Of a stretch of DNA of 64,000 nt, positions 52,254 through 64,000 are shown in pieces (the stretch's first letter is position 1; each line of letters opens with the position of its first letter). Source of the DNA: Auanema rhodensis. Taxonomy: Eukaryota > Animalia > Nematoda. The translations under genes were made by a program, and so were the position numbers. The notes under the pieces were generated by a model, which was not told the DNA's origin, ran no database searches, and worked only from the letters and a program-made list of their open reading frames with translations. The stretch spans positions 13,330,001 to 13,394,000 of the forward strand of contig OZ059894.1 in the NCBI GenBank assembly GCA_964057225.1, written 5' to 3'.

Positions 52254-52884
52254 TTTTTCGGAAACGAACTATCTCATTTTCAATTTTCAGCTGCATTTAT
52301 AAGGTTTCCAGTAAAGTTGTTACTTTCTCAACACAATAGAAAAAATGTATAAAAGTTTCAAAAAGTGAATTTTTATAATTAACAAATATAACCTTCAAGT
52401 TGTAACTATCAAACCTTTTTCAATCGAATACATCCCACGAATGCTATACAAACATTTCACTGTTATCATTCAATGTATCATCCCGTTGGCTTTTAATCAT
52501 ATTGGGTGGTATGTTTCAACTCATTTTACCTTATGATTGATTGATCTTTATTCTTGATTTAATTTTAAAAGTTTTTCATAAAAAACAGTATACATTTAAT
52601 AATTTATTAGAAATTATATATTCATTCATGAAAACTTTTTTTTCACATAAAATACTTACTCATATAACATATGATTTCAATTTATATATATAATATATAT
52701 GTATGTATGTATGTATAATATAATCATTTGAACACAATGTAAAAGTTGAGCAAAACACGGATATATATGTACACAATAAAGAAAATAATGAAGCTAAATG
52801 TTGTATTTTTCTAATGTTCGGTCGGAAATTTTTCGCAAGGAAAACTAAACTAAATAACTAAATAATTTTTAAGCCTTATATGTA

Positions 52885-53454
52885 TTAGGTGGTACAAATA
52901 AAACGTAGTCCCCTAAATAATTTTTCAAAATATTTCGAATTTAAAAAAATGGAATTAATCTCAGCTCATTCGTGTCAAGCTTGATTTTGATCCTATTTCT
53001 TGTGTAGTTCGTTACGGATGTAGCTCATATGCGCTACGTCCATCTTCTAAATTTTAACAATGTGTTTCTGCTGAAGAAACATTTTGTAAAGTGGAAGCTG
53101 TTCATGGAGAATCTTCTCCAGCTTACAGCAACTGTAATAAGTTGAGTTTCTGACTAAAACAGGTCTAAGTTTTGGGTAAACCTAAGTCAGGATGTTAGGT
53201 ATTCTCTACTATGAGATTCTTCACTATGAAAGAACCATATATGAGGAATTTTGTTCTGAGCAATTCTTGCTATTGAAGCCAAAGAAGAGCTCAGAAACAG
53301 AACGATGGCGTTCTTGCTTGAGCATAGTTTGAAGGGTATTTTTCAGAATAGGAATCAAAAATTTGAAAGAAAGTTGGCAGAGAGTGATAGATAAGAAGGG
53401 TCAATATATAAAAAAATAAAAAATTAGGGGGGAGGGGGCTACGTTTCATTTGCA
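52885..53454 (+). mobile_element. Internally deleted mariner (Tc1/mariner) remnant
   Basis: TA target, then left TIR TTAGGTGGTACAAATAAAACGTAGTCCCC. Partial right TIR GGGGCTACGTTTCATTTGCA. A decayed transposase C-terminus, GIKNLKESWQRVIDKKGQY, lies just before the right TIR. Confidence 0.8.
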
Positions 53455-53680
53455 AGTTTTGAGCCTATTTGATAGAGAATTTGTCTCTGTTTAGATACCT
53501 GTGAGTACTGGTAAATTAAAAATTATTATCCGTGGTAATTGTTTTCTCAATTTACCTAAGCTCCAAGCCAGGCTTTCTAACACAAAAACTTTTAAAAAAT
53601 AAGAAAACTACGCACATTTCGGCATACAGGATAAATCGTTCAACGAGTTAACTACAAAAGCCGAAGTTGTTTTTTTCTAG

Positions 53681-56003
53681 TTAAGATAAATGTTCTGGTG
53701 GTCTAGCAAAAACTGCATCAAGATAGCAATGCGACACTTCTTGTACAATAGAACGATCGGGTAGTCGTCGGGCCAGACCATAGATTGCGGCCTGTATATG
53801 TAAAAAGTGAAATTAAAATGTTGTGTTTTTGAAAAACTCACCGTTCCCTCTAATTTAGCATCAGGTGTTGATTTAACTTTATCTACAGCTGATCTTAAAT
53901 CATATAGTAATTCATCAATGACTCCTCGTTGTGTATGCAATTTAGTTAGCATTAAATGAATTCTTAAAATCATAAGATTACTATAAGATTTGTTATTTAG
54001 TATACTTACCCGCATGGATACTGTAAAGCTGTTAATTCCCATTCTTTACATTGCATTTCCGAATGAACAAGATTAATATCGAAAACATCACTAGTGAAGC
54101 TGACTATACAGATGTCCGAATCTCCAAGAAGACAAAGTCCATCAATTTGTTTGATTCTATAACAATTTTTATATTCAATAACATTTGAATAGAAAAATAC
54201 CCATCGCGTAATTTGCGTGTACAAGATCGGATAGCTCTTGCGTTCTCAATATAATTTTTCTGGCCTTGATAAAGAAGCGAAGCCCAGCAGAGAGCGACAT
54301 TGAGACCAGCGCGACTTCCTGTGAAAAAAAAACGTAATAATCTTCTAATAAAAATTATTATTTAAAGATACCTTCAAGGGTAGCAGAAGCATATATACCT
54401 CCTTGCCAATCAGCATCACAGAAATATTGATTATGTAATAACTCTCTATTTCTGAATAGAACAACAGAAGAACCCTTTGGTGATAAACCGTACTGAAATA
54501 TAAAAATTTAAAAATCATAAATCAACTTCTGTTCAATACCTTATGAGTATCAGCAGAAATAGATGAAACGCCAGAAATAGAGAAGTCAAATTTGGGTTTG
54601 TCATCGTTTTCAAAGAAAGGAATCAAGAATCCTCCCAAACAACCATCAACATGAACAGGAATGTCATACTGTAAATATACTTTTTATCTCAAATTTTCGA
54701 ATTCAATAATATTATGCCTTTTGTCCGAGTTCAGCAATTGCCTCAATATCATCAATAGTTCCGAAAGGAAAATTGGGAGCTGATCCAACCAGCTGTAATA
54801 TACAATTTTGAAGATTTATATTTTAAAACTAAATACCATGCAAGTATTTTTGTTGATAGCAGATCTGAGCTTTTTCATGTCTACTTTATAAGTTTTGGGA
54901 TCTAAATCAATTTTACGAGGTTTGATACGGAATACTTCAGCTGCTTTTGTGAAAGCTGCGTGAGCTGATTTTGGGATGATCCTGAAAAATTGGGCACATA
55001 TGGTTTATTATTATTAAGAATATATACATTTCTGGGAATAAAATTCCACGTTTCAAAGCCCTATTACGGTGAGCTAAACAGGCTAAAAGAATAGACATGG
55101 TTCCTCCAGTGGTAATCTGAATGCATGTTCATGTTTTCATTGATTTTTCTTTTCTCTTTATTACCGATCCACATGAATTTTCGTCACCATTAAGCATAGA
55201 ACAAGTCATACGGATAACTTCCGATTCCATACGTCGAATACCTGGATAAACCTTAGGCCATAAAGGATTAGAATAAGCGAACTTGTTGAATATCTAAAAT
55301 ATATTCAAGTTAATATAAAAAAATGAAACAACAGTATACATCGACGTAAACTAAACGCTCATCTTCGTCACTCTCATATGTAAACACAGCTCCGGATTGA
55401 CGACCACGTTTATAGTTCGCAGGAACTACAAGAATATTCAATTAAGATAAACTTAAGAGTATATTTAAACCTAAATTTGTATTTCCAAGTTCGTTATACG
55501 ATTCTACATATTCCAATAGCAAATCTTTTTTGAATCCTTCTTTTGGTATATTAGAGATGTAATCTGATGGTGGTTGATAGGCATTTAATTCGGTTAACAT
55601 GGAATCATAAACCATTTTTTTAGTTTTCTGAAACAATGTTTATTTAATTTTAATTATTTCTTATGAAAAATGAAAACAAAACATTCGCGGAATGTTTTGC
55701 CAGAGATTGATAAGAGTAAGAGAAGATACCTCTATTTCTGACGAAACCATAGGAATTTTTCTAGCTAAAGCAAAAGTTGTATTACGAATTCTAGTCCAAA
55801 TTCCTTTAAAGATAGTTTATTGTAAAATATAGTTCATTTTACTATTTACCAATATCATCAGCATGTAAATGCCATAAGCAAGTAAGTAAATAAGTTCCAG
55901 TAATAGTGGAAGCAGTCAGTATAAGAGGGTTGAAGCTACCCAAATAGTTTTTAATGTCGTCATGGGCAAGGTTAACAATTTCTAAACTTTTGCTGAGAGA
56001 CAT
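53681..56003 (-). CDS. Sphingosine-1-phosphate lyase (PLP-dependent; spl-1/spl-2 clade)
   Basis: [60 protein letters not shown]|YG (PLP lysine), [10 protein letters not shown]|SRAG. Confidence 0.93.
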
Positions 56004-57182
56004 CTTGTCTGAAAATTGTTATCGTTGTATTACAATGATAAAATGAAAAAAATACAATTTCAAAAATGTTTCGAGCAATTAGGAATTAATTATGACTGAA
56101 CAATCTCATACATGCAAAAATTGTTTAACTGATAAAATAAAATTATAATAGCAACTTTATCTCATATTCATTTACGTATTCCTTTGTTCAACGTGATTTC
56201 GATATACTTTTTTATGATAAAAGAAGACATTGTCTTCAATTTAATCTTTGTAAACCCAAAAATATGATTAAATTCATAAAAATTATGCATATTTATATAT
56301 TTTAAAATTTAACTTTTAAATAATGTATGTATATTAAGCTATTTTTATAGAAAAGTGCTTTATAATTTAATTAGAAAATAGAGAATCATGTTGAAACATT
56401 GGTAAGCATAGTTTCAACTTTAAAATGATCAACAGAGAATGAAATAGGATAAACGAAATGTTTATCATTGATTAGAAAGGTGAAAAGACCTGAAAGAATA
56501 CTCTTCGTCTTTTTCAATAAAATATGACTCAAAATGTAAAAACAAAGGTTATTTTTAAAGTGATAATTCAAATAATGATAGAGTAATTCATAGATTTATA
56601 TACCAATCCCTGATAAGCATTTATCATACCACGCCCCTTTTGTAGTTTAAACTACATACGATAGACTGCTCTTGTCTGCAAGATAGTGTTTCTCTGAAAA
56701 TTTTTTTCAAAACCAATTATACTTTTACTTTTAATTTATTTAATATAAATGATAGCTTGTATTCAATCTCATTAAAAATGAAATTCAATTAATTTATATA
56801 ACTAATAAAATGTATATGTTGCACAGATAATCAGAGAGAACTGTACCAAACATAACGACCACGATTACGATGATGACCATGATGTCATTTTCAAAAATTT
56901 CCTGTTTTCCTGTTTTTTGAGAGTTTTTTGTTCAAACTATAACTGATTTCTCGACGTATTACGATCATTAAACGAAGATCACTCATATCAAGACCTACAT
57001 AAATGATATTTAATTGTATTACTTTCGTTTACTGATACGTGGGATAGAGGAGTGCAAAACTTTTCAACTTTTCTTTATTACTTACAAACACTAGTCAACT
57101 ATTCCAGTTGAACAAATGAAAATTTATACAAACTCAAGTAAATTATTACAATTTTGATGTTTCATCTCTGGAGTTTCACGGA

Positions 57183-58883
57183 TCAAATTGGGCAACAATG
57201 AGCAAAAACCTCTTCTTGTGCGCATTTGTAGCCTTGAGGACAAAAATCATCTGCGCATGTCTGACCAAATAAAATATTTTCAAATCCATCAGTATTTGTG
57301 CTGAACGGTTTTCCTTTTTTACAAGTTGGATGATAAGCTTTGTTCATTTTCTCCTCTGTAGCTCTCGGACAACAGAATCCAAAGAAAGCTCCCATTATGC
57401 ATTGATGAGCCGATGGACACCCATCATTTTCAGGTTCACCTGTTGGGCTCATATCTGCGCGTACTGGCATTGGAACTAAAATAACAGAATACAAGAAATA
57501 CTAGTTCTTTTTTCAGAAGACGAGTATACTTACCGCCACATAGGATAGTCTCTCCTTTGGCATCTACAGCAGGTTTTCGGAGAAAAGCGCAAGATGAGAA
57601 GTCCACTGTAAGTTATTATAATTTTTGATATATATTCATCTGCTATTTCAATGCAATACGAAATATATTGTCATACGATATTTGTCAAGGTTTTACATGT
57701 CAAACTATACATAGATATTTCTCGGTTAATTATTTTTTTATGGATACAATCCATTTATATCAGACACAAAATCATATTGTTTTGCTCAAGAAGTACTCCA
57801 TTGTCTATAGTTTGACTCCTTATCAATTGCAAGACGCTTATACGATTTAGATCAATTTTTGATATTGACAGAACCCAAACACTTACTTAATTCACAATTA
57901 GAATGACATTCTGACTCAGACACAAATCTGTTGGAATTTCCACCACATCCGTTGTATTTGAATGCTAGACAAGTGAATGTGTTAGTATCGAAGAAATACT
58001 AAATATATAATTATTTAGATAAGCTTCATACTGTCATATCACACCATAACTTTTGAATTTCCATCATGACAGCTGTGTCCTCTATCTTGTTTCAATTTAC
58101 AGTATTCTCGAGCTACTGGGGCTTCAATTCTATCTGGTCGGTTAAACGAGCGATCTACAAGAAATTGAAATACGTACTTTCACTAAGTAAAAAAAAAACC
58201 CGATTTATCACAGGAAATTTTATTATTATTTTCGTTTTTTTGCTGTGATCCCGCAATTTCTTTACCGCTCTTGGGATCAACACATACACACGTTTTGCCC
58301 TCACATTGTAAAGGATCATATAAACCTTAAACATTTAAATATTTCTCGTTGAAGAATTGTGTAAACAAACCATATTGATTATCGCATTTAGGTACAAAGT
58401 TGGTATTTGGAAGAGTCTTGGAAGAAAACTGATCTCTAATGAAGATATGGCAAGCTGTAAAATATAGGATTTATCCAGTGTTCTGTAATAGTTTATTGAT
58501 AAAACCAGAGCATTTAGGAGCAACACGGTTATTTTGAGTTCGGGTAAGTTCAGCGATTTGTCCATTATGAGAATCAACGCAGAAGCAGCTGTCTCGGTCA
58601 CATTGGACCATTTCGTAAAATCCTTTAAAAAATATCAATATCAAATTTTCAGAAAAAAATATTAACCATTGTCAGTACATTTCAACTTATCGGCATTGAA
58701 TAAACATGGTCCACCATTAGGAACTCTAAAACGTAATAACATGATATACTAAAACTGAATTTTATATGATATCATTCAAGATTTTCAGTTAAATTTCCAC
58801 AATACTTACTCTATCTCTTTACCTAATGGATTAGGTGTAGCCATAATGGCTAATGGAAATATAAGCAGAAGCACCACTTTCAT
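57183..58883 (-). CDS. Secreted thyroglobulin type-1 (x2) + Kunitz/BPTI + lustrin-type Cys-rich protein
   Basis: Signal peptide; QC...CFCVD and QC...CVCVD thyroglobulin motifs; Kunitz YCKLKQDRGHSC...FKYNGCGGNSNRF...C; C-terminal CPxxxxC...CCP repeats. Confidence 0.85.
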
Positions 58884-60270
58884 ATCTGTAACAGTTTTTT
58901 AATACAAAAAAAGAAAGAGTTCTTCAAGAATACGAGTTCAGAAAAGTAAATACGAATGCACCAAAAACAAGTGATGACTTGATGTAAGAAGAAAAGAAAA
59001 AGAGAATAATGAAAAGTACCATTCTAACAATAATCGATCGAAATTAGTTGTCATTGGAACAGAAAGTGTCAAAAAACTTGATGAAAAGGAAAATTAACGA
59101 AAAAAGTAAACTGGGAGGGAAACTAGTTGTCAAATATGTATATTCGTGAAAGTTCTACGTATTTTACAAATATAATGAAATTGATCAAGAATTTGAGAAT
59201 GAGACAATGAACAGTTTTCACATTGAAATGAAATTTAAAATAAAACATAGGAAAACTACAAGTTATGATATATAAAATACTAAAAGGCGTAAATTGAAAA
59301 AGGAAGTATCAGAAAAGAAGCTAAGAAAATAAGAATTATCATTTGATATGAAATATAATTGTGGTATCATAAACGTATATTTATGTTTTCTAATTATTCA
59401 AAAAAAAAAGATAATATTCACTAACTTTTCTTGAAAATAAAATTTTCTAATATTTTAGAATAATTCAAAGATAGAACTCAAATTAAAATGAAAATTAACC
59501 ATTTTATAGTTATTCGAATAGACACAGGTTGTTGAATCAATTTTTTTTCCAATCATACAGCCGAATCTTCGGAGTTCCGCTAACGAAAAAGACAAAGAAT
59601 TTATATGTGAAGTAATTCACAATCACATATAAGCTATTTTTTGTGACATTGTCCGTTTATGAAAAATGCATTTAATGACCAAAACGAGAGAGAATGGCAA
59701 CAACTATGAAGAGTAACAGAGAAGAAACAACGACCTTGTCATGTCTGTTCTCCCCCACTTATATTCCAAACTAATACACATCGGCCTATCTGGCCACTAT
59801 TATAGTTGATTTCTTCATTTGTTAACCCTTTTTTAATATTTTGGGAGAAAACTATTTATAATCTTAATATTTCTATTTTATATTATTATTCTATTTTATT
59901 ATTCACAAAGAATTAAACTATTAGCTATCCATTTGTGAATATGTATTAAATACAAAAAATAATTAAATAAATAATTAAAAAATAAAATAATTCCATGAGA
60001 TTTTTAGAAAGATGAAAATTTAATTTAACAAGATAATAAGTATATAGATACATGCAATCAAAGAAAGTAAAGTATGTATATACTATGTATATATACAGAT
60101 GTTCTTGATTAAATGTTTTCAATAAACTTTATCACTTTCCAAATAATAATAATAATATATATATATATATATATATACTTTTGTTTGTATTATTCATTTA
60201 TATTATTTTATTATTAGTATAGTTTAGATTTTATTTTCAGATATTATTTGATTACTTTACTAGATAGCAC

Positions 60271-61897
60271 ATGAAGTTTGTAATCATTGGAAGTGGCCCT
60301 ACTTCATTAGGAGCAGCTTATAGATTGAATGAACTGATTGAAGAGAAAACTTTGCCCTCTGATGTTGAGGTTGGATTCACATTCAGGTCTTATGGTCAAG
60401 TAATCAAATATTTTTTTTCATATAGGTAATTATAATTGAAAAAGAATCTGAAGTAGGAGGACTGGCACGTTCAATTACTGATGAAAATAATTTTACTTGG
60501 GATTTAGGAGTTCATATAACAGGTGATATTCTTAAATATTTAATAGAAATTCAAAATAAACTTACTTACGTTTCTAATAGTTTGTGTATCATATGCCATA
60601 TATGCATCTGAAACAATGTGAATTATAGAATTAACCTAAATTTATATATTGGCTGATTATTTTATAAACAAGTTCAAAAAAAAAACATATTTAAGGCGCT
60701 TCAAAGTATGCTAAGTTTAGTCAAGTTATCAACGATGCAGTATCCGAATGGTGTGTTTTGCCGCGTTCTGTCAAGTTATGTTGTTTTGTATATAAATACA
60801 TACATAATCATATATTTATTCAAATTCTTTTTTTTTTGTTTTGAGCTTCAACAAAAGTTCAAATTTTCAAATTACCTGCAAAATTATATTTTAAAAATTT
60901 AATATTTTCAGGTTTTCATGAAACATGTTATGAATAAAGAAATAATACAAGAGAACTATGTACCATACCCGGCTCAAGAATCTGTGCCGTTCTTTCCGGA
61001 GGAAGTGAAATCTCAATGTTTAGCCGAAATACGCAAATCAAGTTTAGAATATGCATCATCAAATTTTGGTGAATTAACAAAAAATGTTTTCGGCGAAACT
61101 CTACAAAATATATTTATTAGACCATATAATGAAAAGGTAATTATCTAATAATACAATTGGTATTTGTTATAAAATATTATTATTTATTTAAATGTGATAG
61201 GTATGGACTGTTGCATTAGAGGAATTAAATTGTGCTTGGGTTAAAGATCGTGTGCCTCAACCTAACTGGGAGGAACTTTTTCGGAAAAGCAACTTAGATG
61301 AGCATGCCTTAAAAATGGAGGAAACCAATAAAATTCCTATATACTTCAAGTAAAACTTTTTTTTAATCAGAAATAGAGGAATATGAATTTTAAGATATCC
61401 ATTAAACATGAGAGGCATGGGTGAATTATGGAAAAAAGTTGCTTCTAAACTCCCTCAAAAGTGGTTGCTCCTAAATACTGAAGCTATTCAAGTAGATGTA
61501 AAAAACAAAAAAGTTTGTATATTATAGATCAATCTAATTAGGAATTATAATGTATATTCAGATATATACTTCGGATAATACTGAATATAGTTATGATCAT
61601 TTGATATCAACTATTCCTTTGACGAAATTATGCAATATATGTTGTTTATGTCCAGAGATTGATTTAAAGCATTCACAGGTATTAAAAATTTAAATTTCTA
61701 TAACATATCACTAATAACATTATATATATATATATATATATTCATTTATTTATTTATTTATATATAAATATATATACTTACTTAGGTAGCCTTGGTAGGT
61801 ATTGGTCTTCGTAAACCTCAACCGGATTTTACAAAATCATTATCATGGCTTTATTTTCCACAAAAGGATATCATATTTTACAGGTTTTTTTTAGAAG

Positions 61898-61943
<46 letters not shown>

Positions 61944-62457
61944 TAATGTTTATGAATACATTATAGATGTACTTTTATCTCAAATTTTAATAAATCAATG
62001 ACTCCTGATTCCGATTTATATTGGTCGGTGATATGTGAAATAGGTTTGCATTCTAAAGCAGAAGTTGATCAAATATCAATAATGAATTCAACAATTAAAG
62101 GTTAATTATAATTTATTTGTTAACAATACTTTTTTATTTAGGATTAAATCAAGTTGGTATTCTTGTTAATGCAGACATAATGTCAAAATGGTTTTACTTG
62201 TTGCCATATGGATATCCAATTCCATCAATCACTAGAGATGTTGAACTTAAAACAAGTTTAAATGAATTGGAGAAACATTCAATATATTCAAGAGGGAGGT
62301 ATTAGTATGAAAAACAAACTTAAAACTTGTATGGAAATTTCTCGACAGATTTGGTGGATGGAAATATGAGTTTGCTAATCAAGACCATAGTTTTATGATT
62401 GGATATGAGGTAGTGGATCGTGTTCTCTTTAACATCCCTGAGCAATTACATAAATAA
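60271..62457 (+). CDS. Eukaryotic-type UDP-galactopyranose mutase-like flavoprotein (glf-1-related)
   Basis: FAD motif [32 protein letters not shown]|VW, WLYFP...FYR, YGYP, SRGR|[18 protein letters not shown]. Confidence 0.88.
61900..61940. repeat. Intronic (TA)n microsatellite
   Basis: About 20 TA units inside an intron of the UGM-like gene. Confidence 0.95.
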
Positions 62458-62540
62458 TTTTTTTAAATTAGTTTATAACTATAATATGAATAAATCTAAG
62501 TTTGTATTAGTGATAAGATATACACACGAGATTGTTTGAC

Positions 62541-64000
62541 TTATCTCAACATCTCCGAAATTTCTTCACTTGTTCTACCTTTTGTCTCAGGTAAATGACT
62601 GAAATTAAAGTATATTGATACAGTAAATGTGAAAAAAATATTGGGAAGGTTATAGCTTACTTATAAAAGTAGATTGCACTTGATGTCAAAGGTATTATAA
62701 AAGCCAAGAAAGCTAAAGGTCCTACAACGCTGTATAACGGAAAATAGATCATAGGAGAAATAAAACATGAAATATATCTGAAAATAATATCTTTGTAAAT
62801 TTGCGTTCATTTTATGTACTTACTGAGCAGCCAAGCTTGATGACTGAATTTTAGCTCGAGCTCCGATTGTTGAAAGCTCTGCTCCAAGAAACCAAGCAGT
62901 AGGTCCAATTCCGGCACTAGAAACAAATAGTTTAATCTTACAATTTTTGTTACATTTACCTGAATAAAAACAGGAAAAGTATGAAGAGTATGAGGAAAGC
63001 CCATCCAATCCATAGACTATGAGTTGAATTGAATAAATAGACAAAGAACATCATACAGGTATTCACACCAGCCAATAGAAGTAATGATCCTAATACTAAC
63101 ACTCGTCTACCAATCTGGTAATTTATAAATAACTAATATATAAATAAAATATATATTTACTTTATCTACGTATACTGTTCCAATAATAGCTCCAAAAGTG
63201 CCTGACAAAGCACTTAAGCAATTAGCTAATGATGCTGATGTTTCGGTGAATCCAATTGATTGTAATAAGAAAGTACCGAAAAAGCTGACTGCCATTATAC
63301 CACTAAAAAAAAAGTTTTTTTTTCATCAAATTATAAATGATACCTGAAGGATACAACAATGTTCAAAGTGACAGATAATAATAATGCATTTCTGGTCGAT
63401 CTATAAATTTTAGATATTTGAACGTATTTAAAAACTATAAATTTGCTCACGGTGTCCACAGTATTCCTCGCAGACTATCAATTTGCTCTCGATTCTTTAA
63501 TTCTAACTGAATACGTTCCAAATAGTTTTCGTCAGGCTCAGAATACGCTTGGCAGGCAGCTTGTGCGGCAGCAATTTTTCCAGTTTTCAGTAAGTACACT
63601 GGGCTATCATAGAACCAAAAAATTATTGCAGCTGTTGCAATCTGAAAGGAATTTTTATCAAATAAGCACGGAACTATGAATATAGAATATCATAATTTGA
63701 AATATTAATAATATTTGCTTACAAAGCATGGTATGGATTCAAGATAATATGGTATCGACCATTTATCTTCTGTACCCAATGCTAATGGAATTCCCATTGC
63801 GCCTGCCACTATGAACCCAATATTGGTAGAAAAGCCTCCAATACTTCCAATGACACCACGATGACGAACTAAATATGATTATTGACAAAACAGAACTTTT
63901 TTATTAAGATTGAAAATTTATATTCATGACCATCAAAACAATGAAAGCTATAAGACTACATGAGAATTTACACGAACCTGGGCTAATTTCTGTTAGAAAT
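62541..64000 (-). CDS. Facilitated sugar transporter (GLUT/SLC2A, MFS), 3' part only
   Basis: TEISP|..RHRGVIG, GIPLALGTEDKW, PDSP, GIGPTAWFLGAEL, LPETKGRT; the gene runs off the window end. Confidence 0.88.

Overview
AT-rich eukaryotic DNA with dense 40-50 nt spliceosomal introns and a gene set typical of a rhabditid (clade V-like) nematode; the species is not identifiable here. Bases 1-5999 hold Maverick/Polinton virus-like transposon remnants. The first element has a capsid gene, a protein-primed PolB that I could rebuild only by splicing out 7 host-style introns, and an intact-looking terminus. That terminus abuts the middle of the capsid gene of a second, diverged Maverick. The rest is host genes, mostly on the minus strand: rskd-1/RPS6KC1, SRP68, a p180/kinectin-like ER protein, a class A GPCR (+), rol-3/ROS1, gpa-2, cathepsin B, a TIL inhibitor, cky-1/NPAS4, a CHK/EcKinase-like protein, an ALK-like RTK, a secreted protein of unknown function, a mariner remnant, S1P lyase, a thyroglobulin/Kunitz protein, a UDP-galactopyranose mutase-like gene (+) and the 3' part of a GLUT transporter. 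Best leads: the intron-laden Maverick polymerase; the Maverick-in-Maverick insertion with capsid genes under purifying selection; a splice-dependent C-terminal LIR on the p180-like protein (candidate ER-phagy receptor); an ALK lacking the Gly-rich/EGF module; a CRE cluster at cky-1; and a UGM with a GVH histidine loop. All exon structures were read by hand. Gene names come from remembered sequence similarity, not a database search.
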